Shown here: positions 32,099-42,472 of the stretch, one piece after another | How the letters are laid out: every line of letters begins with the position of its first letter | How positions within the stretch are numbered: position 1 is the stretch's first letter | Virus record (IMG/VR): IMGVR_UViG_2061766007_000665 | DNA length: 64,000 nucleotides | Origin: an uncultured virus (IMG/VR IMGVR_UViG_2061766007_000665) | Taxonomy: Duplodnaviria; Heunggongvirae; Uroviricota; Caudoviricetes | Direction: 5' to 3' (one strand) | The notes under the pieces: generated by a model | The model's database searches: none | Told to the model about the DNA's origin: nothing | The model's input: the letters and a program-made list of their open reading frames with translations, nothing else | Made by a program: the position numbers and the translations under genes

Positions 32099-33223
32099 AT
32101 GAAAAAGATTTTTAACTATAACAAATTCAATAACGAGACTCAGGATACCCTCGTTGAATCCTTTGTCGCTCTTGCTAATGCCGCTATGGAAGGCAAGAAC
32201 AATACTCAGGAATATAAAGATGCTAATAGACAGTTCAATGAAGACTTTATGAAGGAATGCATTAGCGCAATGCCCAACACAGAATTTTCTGGTGTTGATA
32301 TGCTCAAGAACCCGATGGTTAATGGCGACATGTTCTTCCTCCATCGTTTTAACACTCTGTTAGCTCAGATGATTACCCCTGTTGTTCCTACAGTCGTTGC
32401 TGCTGGCTACGAGAATCTGTATGACGTTACACAGGTTGGTTGGGGCGACAATGCTAAGTACGAAGTCGAATCCAACGAAATGTTCATCGTGAACGATGCT
32501 GCTGTTGGTATCGCTCGTGGTGGTGTTCTCACTCACTTCAATACCGAATATACTATCCAGGCTCACAAGAAAGAAGTCGGATGCTATGTTGACTGGTATC
32601 ATGTAGCCGCTGGCAAGCTCGACTGGGGTCGTTTTGGCGTCAAGGTTGGTCTTGCATATCAGGCCTACATCGAAGGCAAGGTTGTTAAAGCAATGGAATC
32701 CGCTATTGATACAACCGGTTCTCCTTCCAACGCTGCAAAGAACGGTATTGCTGGCTACGTTGCCAACGGCTTCTCTGATGCCAACTGGCTCGCAACAGCT
32801 AGAAACGTTCAGCTTGCAAATGGCGGATCCGAAGTTTATGCTCTCGGAACAAAGATTTCTCTTGGAGATATTCTTCCTTCCCAGGCTAATGCCACTTCTG
32901 CTTTCCGTTATACCGAAGACAGTGCTATCGTCAAGACCGGTTATCTTCCTTCCTACAAGGGAGTTCCGCTTGTCGAACTCGGCAATGCCCTCGTTCCCAA
33001 CACCATCAACGGCACTCCGCAGACAATCGTTTCCGACAAGATTATTTACATGGTTCCGATGGGCATGTACAAACCGGTCAAGGTTGTCTTCGAAGGCAAT
33101 ACTCTTACTGTCGAAAAGAATCCGCTCGAAATGGCAGATCACACCTATTGCCTCACTGTCAATATGATGGTTGGCGTTGATGTCGTTGTCGGCAGCAAGT
33201 TCGGTGCTATCGTTCTTCCGTAA
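32099..33223 (+). CDS. Major capsid protein
   Basis: 374 aa; gene position; strongest codon bias in the window; TQVGWGDNAKYEV, GYLPSYKGVPLVEL; followed by a terminator. Confidence 0.88.
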   Translation: MKKIFNYNKFNNETQDTLVESFVALANAAMEGKNNTQEYKDANRQFNEDFMKECISAMPNTEFSGVDMLKNPMVNGDMFFLHRFNTLLAQMITPVVPTVVAAGYENLYDVTQVGWGDNAKYEVESNEMFIVNDAAVGIARGGVLTHFNTEYTIQAHKKEVGCYVDWYHVAAGKLDWGRFGVKVGLAYQAYIEGKVVKAMESAIDTTGSPSNAAKNGIAGYVANGFSDANWLATARNVQLANGGSEVYALGTKISLGDILPSQANATSAFRYTEDSAIVKTGYLPSYKGVPLVELGNALVPNTINGTPQTIVSDKIIYMVPMGMYKPVKVVFEGNTLTVEKNPLEMADHTYCLTVNMMVGVDVVVGSKFGAIVLP

Positions 33224-33253
33224 TCTAGAACGAATTTAGTATGATTAAGTAAC

Positions 33254-33284
33254 CTGCCCTGTTAGTAATAGCAGGGCAGTTTTT
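33254..33284 (+). terminator. Rho-independent terminator after MCP
   Basis: CTGCCCTGTTA-GTAA-TAGCAGGGCAG-TTTTT. Confidence 0.85.
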
Positions 33285-33311
33285 AAAGGTTTTAAAGGAG
33301 GATTTGCTAAA

Positions 33312-34031
33312 ATGGCAAAAACTAAAGAAGAAAAGTTAACTGTTTCTACTGAAAAAGAAGCTAAAATTGTAAAAGAAGAAACCAAATCTGGTCCAACTTA
33401 TGATGAGTTGATGGCTCTTGTAAAAGGACTTGCCGCTGAAGTAGAGTCTCTTAAGGCAAATAAGACTGCTCCTACTAATAATAGTAATCGCACAGATGAG
33501 CTGCTCTCTCTTCTTGCAAATAGAAAATCTGATCAGGAAGTTGTCATTGTACATAATTGTGAGATGAATGGCGGTCTTACTACGCATCTTGCCCTTTCTA
33601 ATGTAACTATTGATTTTCATTCTGTTGGTGAAGAGCGCGTGCTCTCTTGGCCCCAGTTTGAGGAATGTGTATCTAAATATCGCACTTTCTTTGATCGGAA
33701 AGTTATTCTGGTTTCTAGTAAATACGCTGAAATTGCAGAAAGATTTGGTCTCCCGATCACAAAAGATGATGGCTCACATACTCTTACACGCCAAGACATT
33801 GCTAAGCTTCCTAAGATGACTATTGATGAACTTGATAAGTTTGTTAGCTCTCTTGACAACGCTGGCAAAGAGACCGTGTTTAGTTATTGGCTTGGAAAGT
33901 GTTATACTAAAGAGCCCGGTTTCTATGATAGATACAAAATGGAAACGCTGAATAGACTTTCCGGTAAGCAGAATGTATTTGGTAACATTCTTCTTGTTAT
34001 GAATGGCGAAATTGCAGAAGAAGCAAAATAA
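33312..34031 (+). CDS. Conserved head-region protein following MCP (YonA-like position)
   Basis: GGAGG SD; 239 aa; FHSVGEERVL. Confidence 0.65.
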   Translation: MAKTKEEKLTVSTEKEAKIVKEETKSGPTYDELMALVKGLAAEVESLKANKTAPTNNSNRTDELLSLLANRKSDQEVVIVHNCEMNGGLTTHLALSNVTIDFHSVGEERVLSWPQFEECVSKYRTFFDRKVILVSSKYAEIAERFGLPITKDDGSHTLTRQDIAKLPKMTIDELDKFVSSLDNAGKETVFSYWLGKCYTKEPGFYDRYKMETLNRLSGKQNVFGNILLVMNGEIAEEAK

Positions 34032-34051
34032 TTTATTAAAAGGGGGTTAAC

Positions 34052-34759
34052 ATGTCAATATTGTTCAGCGATATCTACGAGAAGGCAATCGCATTGTTCG
34101 ATGACCCCAAGATTACCATTGCTTACGAAACAAACAAGATTCAATTTGCTAAGTTAATGTACACATACTTACAAAATGCTATTGCTTTGTTCACTAACCC
34201 CGCTTCTATAGGTATGAGATTGTCAAGTTATAATCCTCCTAAAGGGATCCAAGAAATCTTTGAGGGTGATGGAACCAATAAAACCTTTACTCTTGATCCA
34301 GATTTTGTATTAACTGATAATTCTCTTTATAGCTATATACAGAATGGTGAATACGTCCAAGGTGAATTAAACGCAGAAAATAGGACCGTTACTTTCCCAG
34401 ACGTGCTGCCTGTTGGAGAGCAATACGCTTTTGAACAGTATTATATTGGTGAATTTACTGGTAATTTTACTGGCTTAAATAGCAGAACAGCAAACGGAGA
34501 TGCTTTAATTTTAGGTGAAATAAAAGATATTTTAGCTCGTCTATTGATTAAAGCTTGGGGAGAAGAGGAACGGAATTTGCTTCTTGATATTAGAAACTTA
34601 ATGCAAGATACTGATTTCAAGATTATGGGCAATGATCGAATTCTCCGTGCTAAAAATGCTTGGATAGATCAGTTAGATTCTGAAGTGTTGCAGCTTCAAA
34701 ATAAGTTGGCGTGGAATATTAGATTTATGAACGGCTCTAAAAATATAGGAAGAGGGTAA
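34052..34759 (+). CDS. Head-tail connector/adaptor-like protein
   Basis: FSDIYEKAIALFDDP start; EIKDILARL...W; DTDFK; gene position. Confidence 0.6.
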   Translation: MSILFSDIYEKAIALFDDPKITIAYETNKIQFAKLMYTYLQNAIALFTNPASIGMRLSSYNPPKGIQEIFEGDGTNKTFTLDPDFVLTDNSLYSYIQNGEYVQGELNAENRTVTFPDVLPVGEQYAFEQYYIGEFTGNFTGLNSRTANGDALILGEIKDILARLLIKAWGEEERNLLLDIRNLMQDTDFKIMGNDRILRAKNAWIDQLDSEVLQLQNKLAWNIRFMNGSKNIGRG

Positions 34760-34764
34760 GAACT

Positions 34765-35136
34765 ATGAGAATTAACGTAGTAGACGATCCCACAAATTCT
34801 AATTCTACAGAGTTTAAGGTTATTCTTTCTATAGATGAAAAGATTAAATGCCTAGAAGAAATAATAGCAAAGGTTAAAAAGATATTGTATGTATATGACA
34901 GATCTCAGGAGCCTGAAACACAATACAATTACAAAGTATATTGCGGAGGCATATTAATTTATGTGTCTTCAAGCAACATGCTTTTTGAAGGAGAACTTGT
35001 AAACGTAATTGTGAATTTAAATGCTATTATTAATAATGATTTTGATAAAGCCCAAATTAAACGTGTGGTTTTTGAAAGTAAAAATCAGCTAGAGCATTTG
35101 CTGTCTGAATATAAAAAGAGCCAAAAAGGGGAATGA
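34765..35136 (+). CDS. Hypothetical virion morphogenesis protein
   Basis: 123-aa ORF; KKILYVYD...IKRVVFE. Confidence 0.65.
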   Translation: MRINVVDDPTNSNSTEFKVILSIDEKIKCLEEIIAKVKKILYVYDRSQEPETQYNYKVYCGGILIYVSSSNMLFEGELVNVIVNLNAIINNDFDKAQIKRVVFESKNQLEHLLSEYKKSQKGE

Positions 35137-35141
35137 AGTAA

Positions 35142-36375
35142 ATGGCTATAAATGACACAANNNNNNNNNNNNNNNTTACATGAAGGCCAGACTTAAACAC
35201 AATATGGTAGGCGATAACTACTATATTGAAAATCTGCAACATAGAAGAAATCTTGATTGGGAAGCTAGATATAATATAGTTGATATCGAAGAAGAATTAG
35301 ATAAACAAATCGAATATACTGATGAGGCTCCTATATATTCTCCTATTGATGTTGCTATACGCAATGTTAAGTCTATTAATGGAGAAGATTTAGGAGAAGA
35401 TTGGTGTAATATAGCGTTTAGAGATCTCAAACATCCATCAGGTGTTGGCAGTAGATATAGATTTTCTACAGATTTCCCAGACATGAGTGCAATGACTGAG
35501 GAAGAAAAGCATTATCAGACATCAATATGGCTTTGCGTGAACCGTACTCCAGTTAGAGGCGGAAACAGCTCTACACTTCGTAGATGCGATACAACATTAA
35601 CATTAGTTGGTTGTGAAAGCAGAGATCGTTCTAAGCAAAGAGAAATCCATCTTGAGCCGTGCGTTCTTGAGAACGAAATGAAATATTTACAGGTATATTA
35701 TAATCAAAATGTACCTGTTCCCCAGGCTGAGTGGTATGCAACTATGCAGCTCAATTATTTTTCAAACTGTATACAGATTAATGACCGTTTTATTTTTGGT
35801 ACTTTAAATCCAGAAGTAAGAGAAAATAACTCAGTTTATCGTGTCAAAGCTGTAATTAAGCCCAATACGAAACATACTTATATGCAAGGTCACAACGATG
35901 AAATGAATAGTACCCCATTAGTAATAGTGGCGATGGACAAAGATATGGTATCTCCAGAAGACGATTTTGTTAATCGTATCGCTGGAAATTTTTCCATATA
36001 TGACGTTCCAGAAGAAGATAGCTCTATAGTTATCCCGGTACCAGACCATGGCGACACTGTATATGATATTGTGGTAGAGGAATTTAAAGATAAGATTCCT
36101 CTTGGTAAAACGGCAACTTACACTTTTAATTTGACTAAAGATGGAGAGGTTGTTTCTTCTATTATTGATTTTAATATAGAGCTTGAAGGAATAATTGAGT
36201 CTAATTGGCATAATTATTATGTCATTTATGAAACTACTGACAATTCAATTACNNNNNNNNNNNNNNNNNNNNNNNNNCAAGAGGTAAGCTATTATTAACG
36301 GCTTCTTGTACAATTCCCGATTCGACCACTAGTGTTTCTAAAGTTTTAGAAATCACATTGGGTAAAAGTTCATAG
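35142..36375 (+). CDS. Head-closure / neck protein with C-terminal Ig-like domain; joined across gaps
   Basis: ATG at 35142; WLCVN...RRCDTTL; INDRFIFG...YRV; EDDFVNRIA; post-gap frame ends at TAG 36375. Confidence 0.6.
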
Positions 36376-36386
36376 GGGGTGATGAT

Positions 36387-37112
36387 ATGATTGATACTAG
36401 TGCTTCTGGCATGGCGTATAATCGATTCATCAACCTTGATGGAATCGAAGATAGGGTCATAAGCTATTTGATTTCTGAAGATGGGAAAAATCCAGAAGAA
36501 TTAAAACGCGTTCATACAATTTGGCGTATATTATCATGTAATGATGTTGACGCTCTTGATGATAGAACGCATCCGCTTCCTTCTCAAGAAGAAATAATGG
36601 ATTTAATTTATCAGGATAATTCAGATCAAAGCGAAAAGCGTATTTTTAGATCTCCCAGACTAGATGATAGCTGGACACAGAAGTGTTCACTTATCAAGGT
36701 TTATGTAGATTCTATAGTCCCCACAAATCATATTCTGTCTGTTGTTAACGTTGGTATTGATGTTGTTGTTAATACTAATATTATTAATTTACAGGTCCCA
36801 GAATATGACGATGGAGAAACCAGAGATAATGGAGATCCTATTATAAACGATAATTATAAGGACGAAACCAACAAGGGGATTAACCCTCTTTCTGGGCAGC
36901 CTATTAGAATTCAAACAAAGAGCCGCGTTACAGCTTTAATCAACGCAATTTTATATTTATTAAATGGCGCTGATGTTGCTGGAGTAGGTAAAATGGTATT
37001 TAGTAGGCAGTTGTCTATTTATAATCAAGCTAAATACGGTCTTTGGAATAATAGAGATTATGAAGGAATTAAGCTTGTCATAGGTTGCAATATGTCGGCA
37101 AAACCGGAGTAA
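36387..37112 (+). CDS. Tail completion/terminator-like protein
   Basis: Position before the tail tube; RV..LIN.IL..LNGADVAGVGKMVF. Confidence 0.55.
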   Translation: MIDTSASGMAYNRFINLDGIEDRVISYLISEDGKNPEELKRVHTIWRILSCNDVDALDDRTHPLPSQEEIMDLIYQDNSDQSEKRIFRSPRLDDSWTQKCSLIKVYVDSIVPTNHILSVVNVGIDVVVNTNIINLQVPEYDDGETRDNGDPIINDNYKDETNKGINPLSGQPIRIQTKSRVTALINAILYLLNGADVAGVGKMVFSRQLSIYNQAKYGLWNNRDYEGIKLVIGCNMSAKPE

Positions 37113-37115
37113 TTC

Positions 37116-38176
37116 ATGCCTATTTCTAAAGAACTATTACAAAAGATGGATTATTATGAACAGGTTTATTATGCACTTGATGAGCCTGTTCCTTTTAAGG
37201 GTGGATTAAAATGCTATCCTGTAGCTGTTAAGGACTATTATAATTTTTATAATTGTTTGCCTTGTTTGACAATGGATAAAAGTATGAAAATTGCTACTGA
37301 TAAAGATGGCAAAATTTTATACGATGATTTTGGTATGCCAAAGAAGGTAACTGATATAAAAGGATTGAGCCAAAATTATTTGTCATATCTCATTGATAAG
37401 ANNNNNNNNNNNNNNNNNNNNNNNNNNNNNNNNNNNNNNNNNNNNGGCTTTATTGCCCAGAATGTGGTAAAGAGATTGGTTACCAAGAAGCTATAGATGG
37501 AATTGATGATTACATAAATAGTGAAAAGGAAAAGGTAATTAAATTATATAATGATGCTCTAGACGCACATGAACAAGAAAGTGGAGAAAAAATTGCCAAT
37601 AGAGAGCTACCAAAAGAAATCATAGATAAAGTAGAGCAAAAAGCGCGTATTGACTTTTTCTTAAAAAAGCAAAAGTGCGAATGCGGTTCAAATCTTAGAG
37701 ATACGTTTTCTATAAAAACCGCAAATGATGTTAATACTTTAATGATTAAAAATATTGAAATTACTGCTAGTGATTTTGAAGTGCTGCAAGCTCTAATTCC
37801 AAGGCAGAACATACTTGACTATGATGGAGATAAATATGTTGATCCAGAATTAAAGGCCGAACTTGATTTAAAAGCTAAGCTCCAAAACAAGGATTACACT
37901 TCTCCAACATTAGAAAAGCAACTTGTGTGTGTATCTATTGGTACTGGCTTTACCTTTGATTATTTAAAAACCATATCTATGCGTAAGCTTGGTATGCTTT
38001 TAAGGAATATTGATCGTAAAGAAACCTACTATGCACAATTGCAGGCTAGCATGTCTGGCATGGTTGAGTTTAAAACTCCTCCGCAGCATTGGATCTTTAC
38101 CGACGATAAACGCAATATTAAAGACGAGCTTACATCTTATGATGATTTTGCAAAAAAGTTTGCTTCAGTTACTTAA
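37116..38176 (+). CDS. Tail-region protein with inserted CPEC...CECG Zn-ribbon; joined across a gap
   Basis: EPVPFKGGLKCYPV start; open frame after the gap (LYCPECGKE...KCECGSN) into ORF 37742; SGMVEFK...HW end. Confidence 0.65.
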
Positions 38177-38195
38177 CAACTTGTTAATCAAATCT

Positions 38196-38217
38196 CAAGG
38201 GCTAGCCCCTTGTTTTT
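38196..38217 (+). terminator. Rho-independent terminator
   Basis: CAAGGG-CTAGC-CCCTTG-TTTTT. Confidence 0.6.
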
Positions 38218-38263
38218 GATATAAAGAAATAACACTTATTGTACAATAAGGAGGAAAACCAAT

Positions 38264-39316
38264 ATGGCCAATTATTTTATCGCGGGCGTAGGCCGTGCTC
38301 TCCTTTTCAAGGGTGAGGAACTCTTCGCTGACTGCCGTACTCTCGCAGATAGCTCTATCACCATCGGCGTCACCAACGAAGAAATTCGTGGTGGTGAAGG
38401 AAACGTTCTTTATGGACAGTATTTCCATGACGCCAACTTCAGCATGAAGCTGACCGACATTATGTTCAACCTCGACTTCATTGCTGCTAATACCGGTGCT
38501 GCCGAAGAAGTCGGTGGTGAAATCTTCTCTTATGAGACAGTCACATCTAGTGCTGCTGGCGTTATCACTCTGGGCGCCGCTCCTGTTCCTGTTGTTACAG
38601 GTGGAACCGCTTATGTTTGGTATCGCAAATCTTCTGAACAGGTTGACCTTGTTAAGAAGGAAGCTCCTACCGCTGAAGTTTCTGGCTTCGAAGCTGACAC
38701 AGAATACTGCGTTATGTATCGCAAAGCCGTTGATGGCAAGAAGATTACTATTTCTTCTCAGTTCATTCCGGATACTCTTCATGCTGTTCTTACCGTTGCT
38801 CTTTACAGCGGTGATAACTGCAATGTTGAGTCTGCTACCAAGGCTGGCGAAATCACTATTGATATCCCTCGCTTCCAGCTTTCTGGTGCTATGGATATCT
38901 CCATGACCGCTACTGGCGCTGCTCAGACTGCTCTTGAAGGAAACGCTCTTGCTTCTGGCTGCACCGGCTGCGATGGCAAAGCTATTTATGCTACCATTAC
39001 ACAGTTCATCAGTGGCGCTCACTGGTATGACGATGCCGATGGCCTCATCATTGAGGATCTTGCTGGCATGGTCGCTGGTACTGATGTTAGCAGACCGCTT
39101 GTCGTTTACGCCTACTATTCCGATAAGGCTCCGAAGCAGGTCGCTTTAAGCGAACTTACGGTCACCTTCACCGCTGGTGAGACTGGTCTTTCTTATGCCG
39201 ATGGCGTTATCTCTGGTACCTCTATCACAGCTGGTACCGCAACAGTTTCTGTTGTCTGCACAGCCAAATCGGAACTTGAAACCAACAAGCTGATCGTTGT
39301 TGCTCCTTCTGCTTAA
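38264..39316 (+). CDS. Major tail (tube) protein with C-terminal Ig-like extension
   Basis: 350 aa; highly expressed codon bias; EEIRGGEGN.L.GQYFHD; IDIPRFQLSG.MDISMT. Confidence 0.82.
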   Translation: MANYFIAGVGRALLFKGEELFADCRTLADSSITIGVTNEEIRGGEGNVLYGQYFHDANFSMKLTDIMFNLDFIAANTGAAEEVGGEIFSYETVTSSAAGVITLGAAPVPVVTGGTAYVWYRKSSEQVDLVKKEAPTAEVSGFEADTEYCVMYRKAVDGKKITISSQFIPDTLHAVLTVALYSGDNCNVESATKAGEITIDIPRFQLSGAMDISMTATGAAQTALEGNALASGCTGCDGKAIYATITQFISGAHWYDDADGLIIEDLAGMVAGTDVSRPLVVYAYYSDKAPKQVALSELTVTFTAGETGLSYADGVISGTSITAGTATVSVVCTAKSELETNKLIVVAPSA

Positions 39317-39321
39317 GTAGA

Positions 39322-39911
39322 ATGAAAATCTCTTGCAAATTTGCGCAAGGGGACGAATACAACAGGATAATTTGCACAGCGGCCGATTCTATGCCGCTGT
39401 GNNNNNNNNNNNNNNNNNNNNNNNNNNNNNNNNNNNNNNNNNNNNNNNNNNNNNNNNNNNNNNNNNNNNNNNNNNNNNNNNNNNNNNNNNNNNNNNNNNN
39501 NNNNNNNNNNNNNNNNNNNNNNNNNNNNNNNNNNNNNNNNNNNNNNNNNNNNNNNNNNNNNNNNNNNNNNNNNNNNNNNNNNNNNNNNNNNNNNNNNNNN
39601 NNNNNNNNNNNNNNNNNNNNNNNNNNNNNNNNNNNNNNNNNNNNNNNNNNNNNNNNNNNNNNNNNNNNNNNNNNNNNNNNNNNNNNNNNNNNNNNNNNNN
39701 NNNNNNNNNNNNNNNNNNNNNNNNNNNNNNNNNNNNNNNNNNNNNNNNNNNNNNNNNNNNNNNNNNNNNNNNNNNNNNNNNNNNNNNNNNNNNNNNNNTT
39801 CTTGTTACTAGAGACGGCTGCATTGTAAAAAATAGTCGCTCGGGAGACAATGAGCGTTTATATGGAATGCAATATAAGACGCTTAATGTAGGTGAAACAA
39901 TTTTATATTAA
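39322..39911 (+). CDS. One or more small proteins largely hidden by a 397-nt N-gap
   Basis: Cys-containing start (CKFA...IC) and a coding-like tail ending near 39911. Confidence 0.35.
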
Positions 39912-39920
39912 AAGAATAGA

Positions 39921-39954
39921 TTGGGGCCGGCCCTCAACTGGCCCCAAAATATTT
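39921..39954 (+). terminator. GC-rich hairpin, probable terminator
   Basis: TTGGGGCCGG-7-nt loop-CTGGCCCCAA, then AT-rich sequence into a gap. Confidence 0.55.
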
Positions 39955-40094
39955 NNNNNNNNNNNNNNNNNNNNNNNNNNNNNNNNNNNNNNNNNNNNNN
40001 NNNNTGTAAGAAGCACAGCGTAAGCAGGGTCGGTTTGATTCCGATATCGGCATAAAATTATATTTTTAAAGGTGTACAATGGAGGTACAAAATT

Positions 40095-40380
40095 ATGAAG
40101 TATTACTCTGAAACTCTCAAAAAGCTTTTTGAATCCCAAGAGGAATGTGAAAAGGCTGAACAGGAAGAAATCGAAGCCAAAAAGAAGGCTGAGGAAGAAA
40201 AGGAAAGACTTGTTGCTGAACGTAAGGCTCGTGCTGATGAAGTCGAAGCGGCTCGCAAAGCTATNNNNNNNNNNNNNNNNNNNNNNNNNNNNNNNNNNNN
40301 NNNNNNNNNCGTACCATTATTCTACCAGCAATGTCGATGACATGCCTAGACTCTTTACTTTTTTCGATAACTGGTTCTAA
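40095..40380 (+). CDS. Small coiled-coil phage protein
   Basis: GGAGG SD; MKYYSETLKKLFES...ERKARADEVEAA; joined across a gap. Confidence 0.7.
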
Positions 40381-40463
40381 TTTTTATTAGGCTGTGTGGG
40401 AAGGAGGAGGCAGCTTCTCCTTCCCGATTCGAACTTTGACAATCACATAGGGAGGTCTGATTT

Positions 40464-41811
40464 TTGAGTAAAAAAGACAAAATTAGGGTTAGTTTTGGTC
40501 ATAACTCAGAAAACGTGACGGGGAGCTACACTCTTATTGAGTGCGGATCGTCAGGTAAAAATATCTTGGTTGATTTTGGGATGATACAAGAAAATGTTTC
40601 ACTTCTCAAAGAATATCAACTTAATGGCAAAAGACCACATTTTAAGCCTAAAGATATTGATTATGTTTTTATAACTCATGCGCACATAGATCATTCTGGC
40701 AGAATAGCTATGCTATATAACTGGGGATGTGAAGCTCCAATTATAGTTGCAGAAGGGTCTAAAGATTTAATGGCGGCAATGCTATTAGATAGCGCTAACA
40801 TCTGTACAAGAGATGCGGAGGATCTCTCAAGGAAACTAAAGAAAGAATATTATCCGTTATGTACTGAAGACGACGTATATAACTGTTTGCAATATATTCA
40901 GGAGTCTACTGTTTCTGAAAAGCACAAATTGGATGATAACATANNNNNNNNNNNNNNNNNNNNNNNNNNNNNNNNNNNNNNNNNGTCTGTCTCTATTACT
41001 TTTTGGATCAAGAATGGTAGTCAAAAGAGGAAAATTACAATAACCGGAGACATAGGAAATATATCTTCTCCTCAAAAGTTTACAGAAGATTTTGTGCCTT
41101 TTGAAAGTTGTAATTTATTAATCGGAGAGGCTACATATGCAGATTCAAAAAGAATAACTAGTAAAGATAGAAATAAAGATTTAGAAAAAATTAAGACAGC
41201 TATAGAAACATGCTGTATTGATCGCAAAGGAAGGGTTTTAATANNNNNNNNNNNNNNNNNNNNNNNNNNNNNNNNNNNNNNNNNNNNNNNNNNNNNNNNN
41301 NNNNNNNNNNNNNNNNNNNNNNNNNNNNNNNNNNNNNNNNNNNNNNNNNNNNNNNNNNNNNNNNNNNNNNNNNNNNNNNNNNNNNNNNNNNNNNNNNNNN
41401 NNNNNNNNNNNNNNNNNNNNNNNNNNNNNNNNAGGATATTCGGTGTATGCTGCGTCACAGCTGCTTCCTCATTATAATGATTGTATCATGTTTTGTGGAT
41501 ATTCAGCAGATGGCAGCTTGGCTAGAAAAATAAAAGAAAAGAAAACAAAGACCATTTCGATAGATGGCAAGTCAATTCATTCACGATGCCAAGTCGTCAC
41601 TTTAAAAAGTTTTTCTAGTCATATACAACATGATGATTTATTAGACATATATAGTGGTAAGGGTGGCCAAACATACGATAAAGTTGCGCTGGTTCACTCA
41701 AACCAAAAGGATAAACTTGTATTTTCTCACTTGTTACAACAAGAGTGTGAAAAACGTAATAGAAACACTAAAGTAATTGCCGTGAATAAAGGCACTACAA
41801 TTACACTTTAA
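40464..41811 (+). CDS. Metallo-beta-lactamase fold, beta-CASP family nuclease (CPSF73/RNase J-like)
   Basis: VTGS, LVDFG, THAHIDHSG (HxHxDH), TGDIG, EATY, CGY, FSSH and LVH motifs. Confidence 0.9.
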
Positions 41812-41828
41812 TGTTAAAAGGAGTATGT

Positions 41829-42461
41829 ATGGGAACTACTACAAAAAAGGCTGATTTAGGTTTAGAAGAGCTTATTGCTGCTATGAATGTAACCGAGGTA
41901 CCCGAAGCTAATCTTCAGCTTGCGGATCCCTCTCTTGTTTCATATTACAAAAGCTATTCTAACCGTATTATTTATCTCGATAGAGATATTGATGATACTC
42001 TATTTGGAGAAATCAGAAAAATTATTCAGTGGAATTTAGAAGACGAACAGAATAAAATTGATGTAGATAAACGNNNNNNNNNNNNNNNNNNNNNNNNNNN
42101 NNNNNNNNNNNNNNNNNNNNNNNNNNNNNNNNNNNNNNNNNNNNNNNNNNNNNNNNNNNNNNNNNNNNGCGTTATTTTCATTAATGGAAATAAAGGTCAC
42201 AGATATTGTATGCCAACATCTAAAGCTCTAGTACATGAAGGATCCGGTGGCACGAGCGGCACTTTTGGTGAAACCCAAGCTCAAATGGCTGATTATAAAA
42301 AAATGGTAGATAATATGAAAAACAATATTATTGGGCACACTAATATTGATCAAAAGACTCTTACTAAATGGAAAAACAAAGACATCTACCTTTATCCGGA
42401 AGACCAGCTTAAGTATGGTATCTGTGATGAAATTCTAGACGATATAACTAAAATGTTTTAA
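41829..42461 (+). CDS. ClpP-like (S14) serine peptidase
   Basis: NRIIYLDRDID; RYCMPTSKALVHEGSGG (His); KDIYL.PE..LKYGICDEI (Asp); the catalytic Ser region falls in the gap. Confidence 0.82.
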   Translation: MGTTTKKADLGLEELIAAMNVTEVPEANLQLADPSLVSYYKSYSNRIIYLDRDIDDTLFGEIRKIIQWNLEDEQNKIDVDKXXXXXXXXXXXXXXXXXXXXXXXXXXXXXXXXXVIFINGNKGHRYCMPTSKALVHEGSGGTSGTFGETQAQMADYKKMVDNMKNNIIGHTNIDQKTLTKWKNKDIYLYPEDQLKYGICDEILDDITKMF

Positions 42462-42472
42462 AGGTGTGAAAG

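Noticed and set aside
31504..33167. Long antisense and alternate-frame ORFs over decoration and capsid genes (e.g. 32360-33142 minus)
   Set aside because: Shadow ORFs caused by the biased codon usage of highly expressed genes; no SD or recognisable motifs
38195..39149. 275-aa minus-strand ORF over the tail tube gene
   Set aside because: Same shadow effect; the plus-strand gene is clearly the real one
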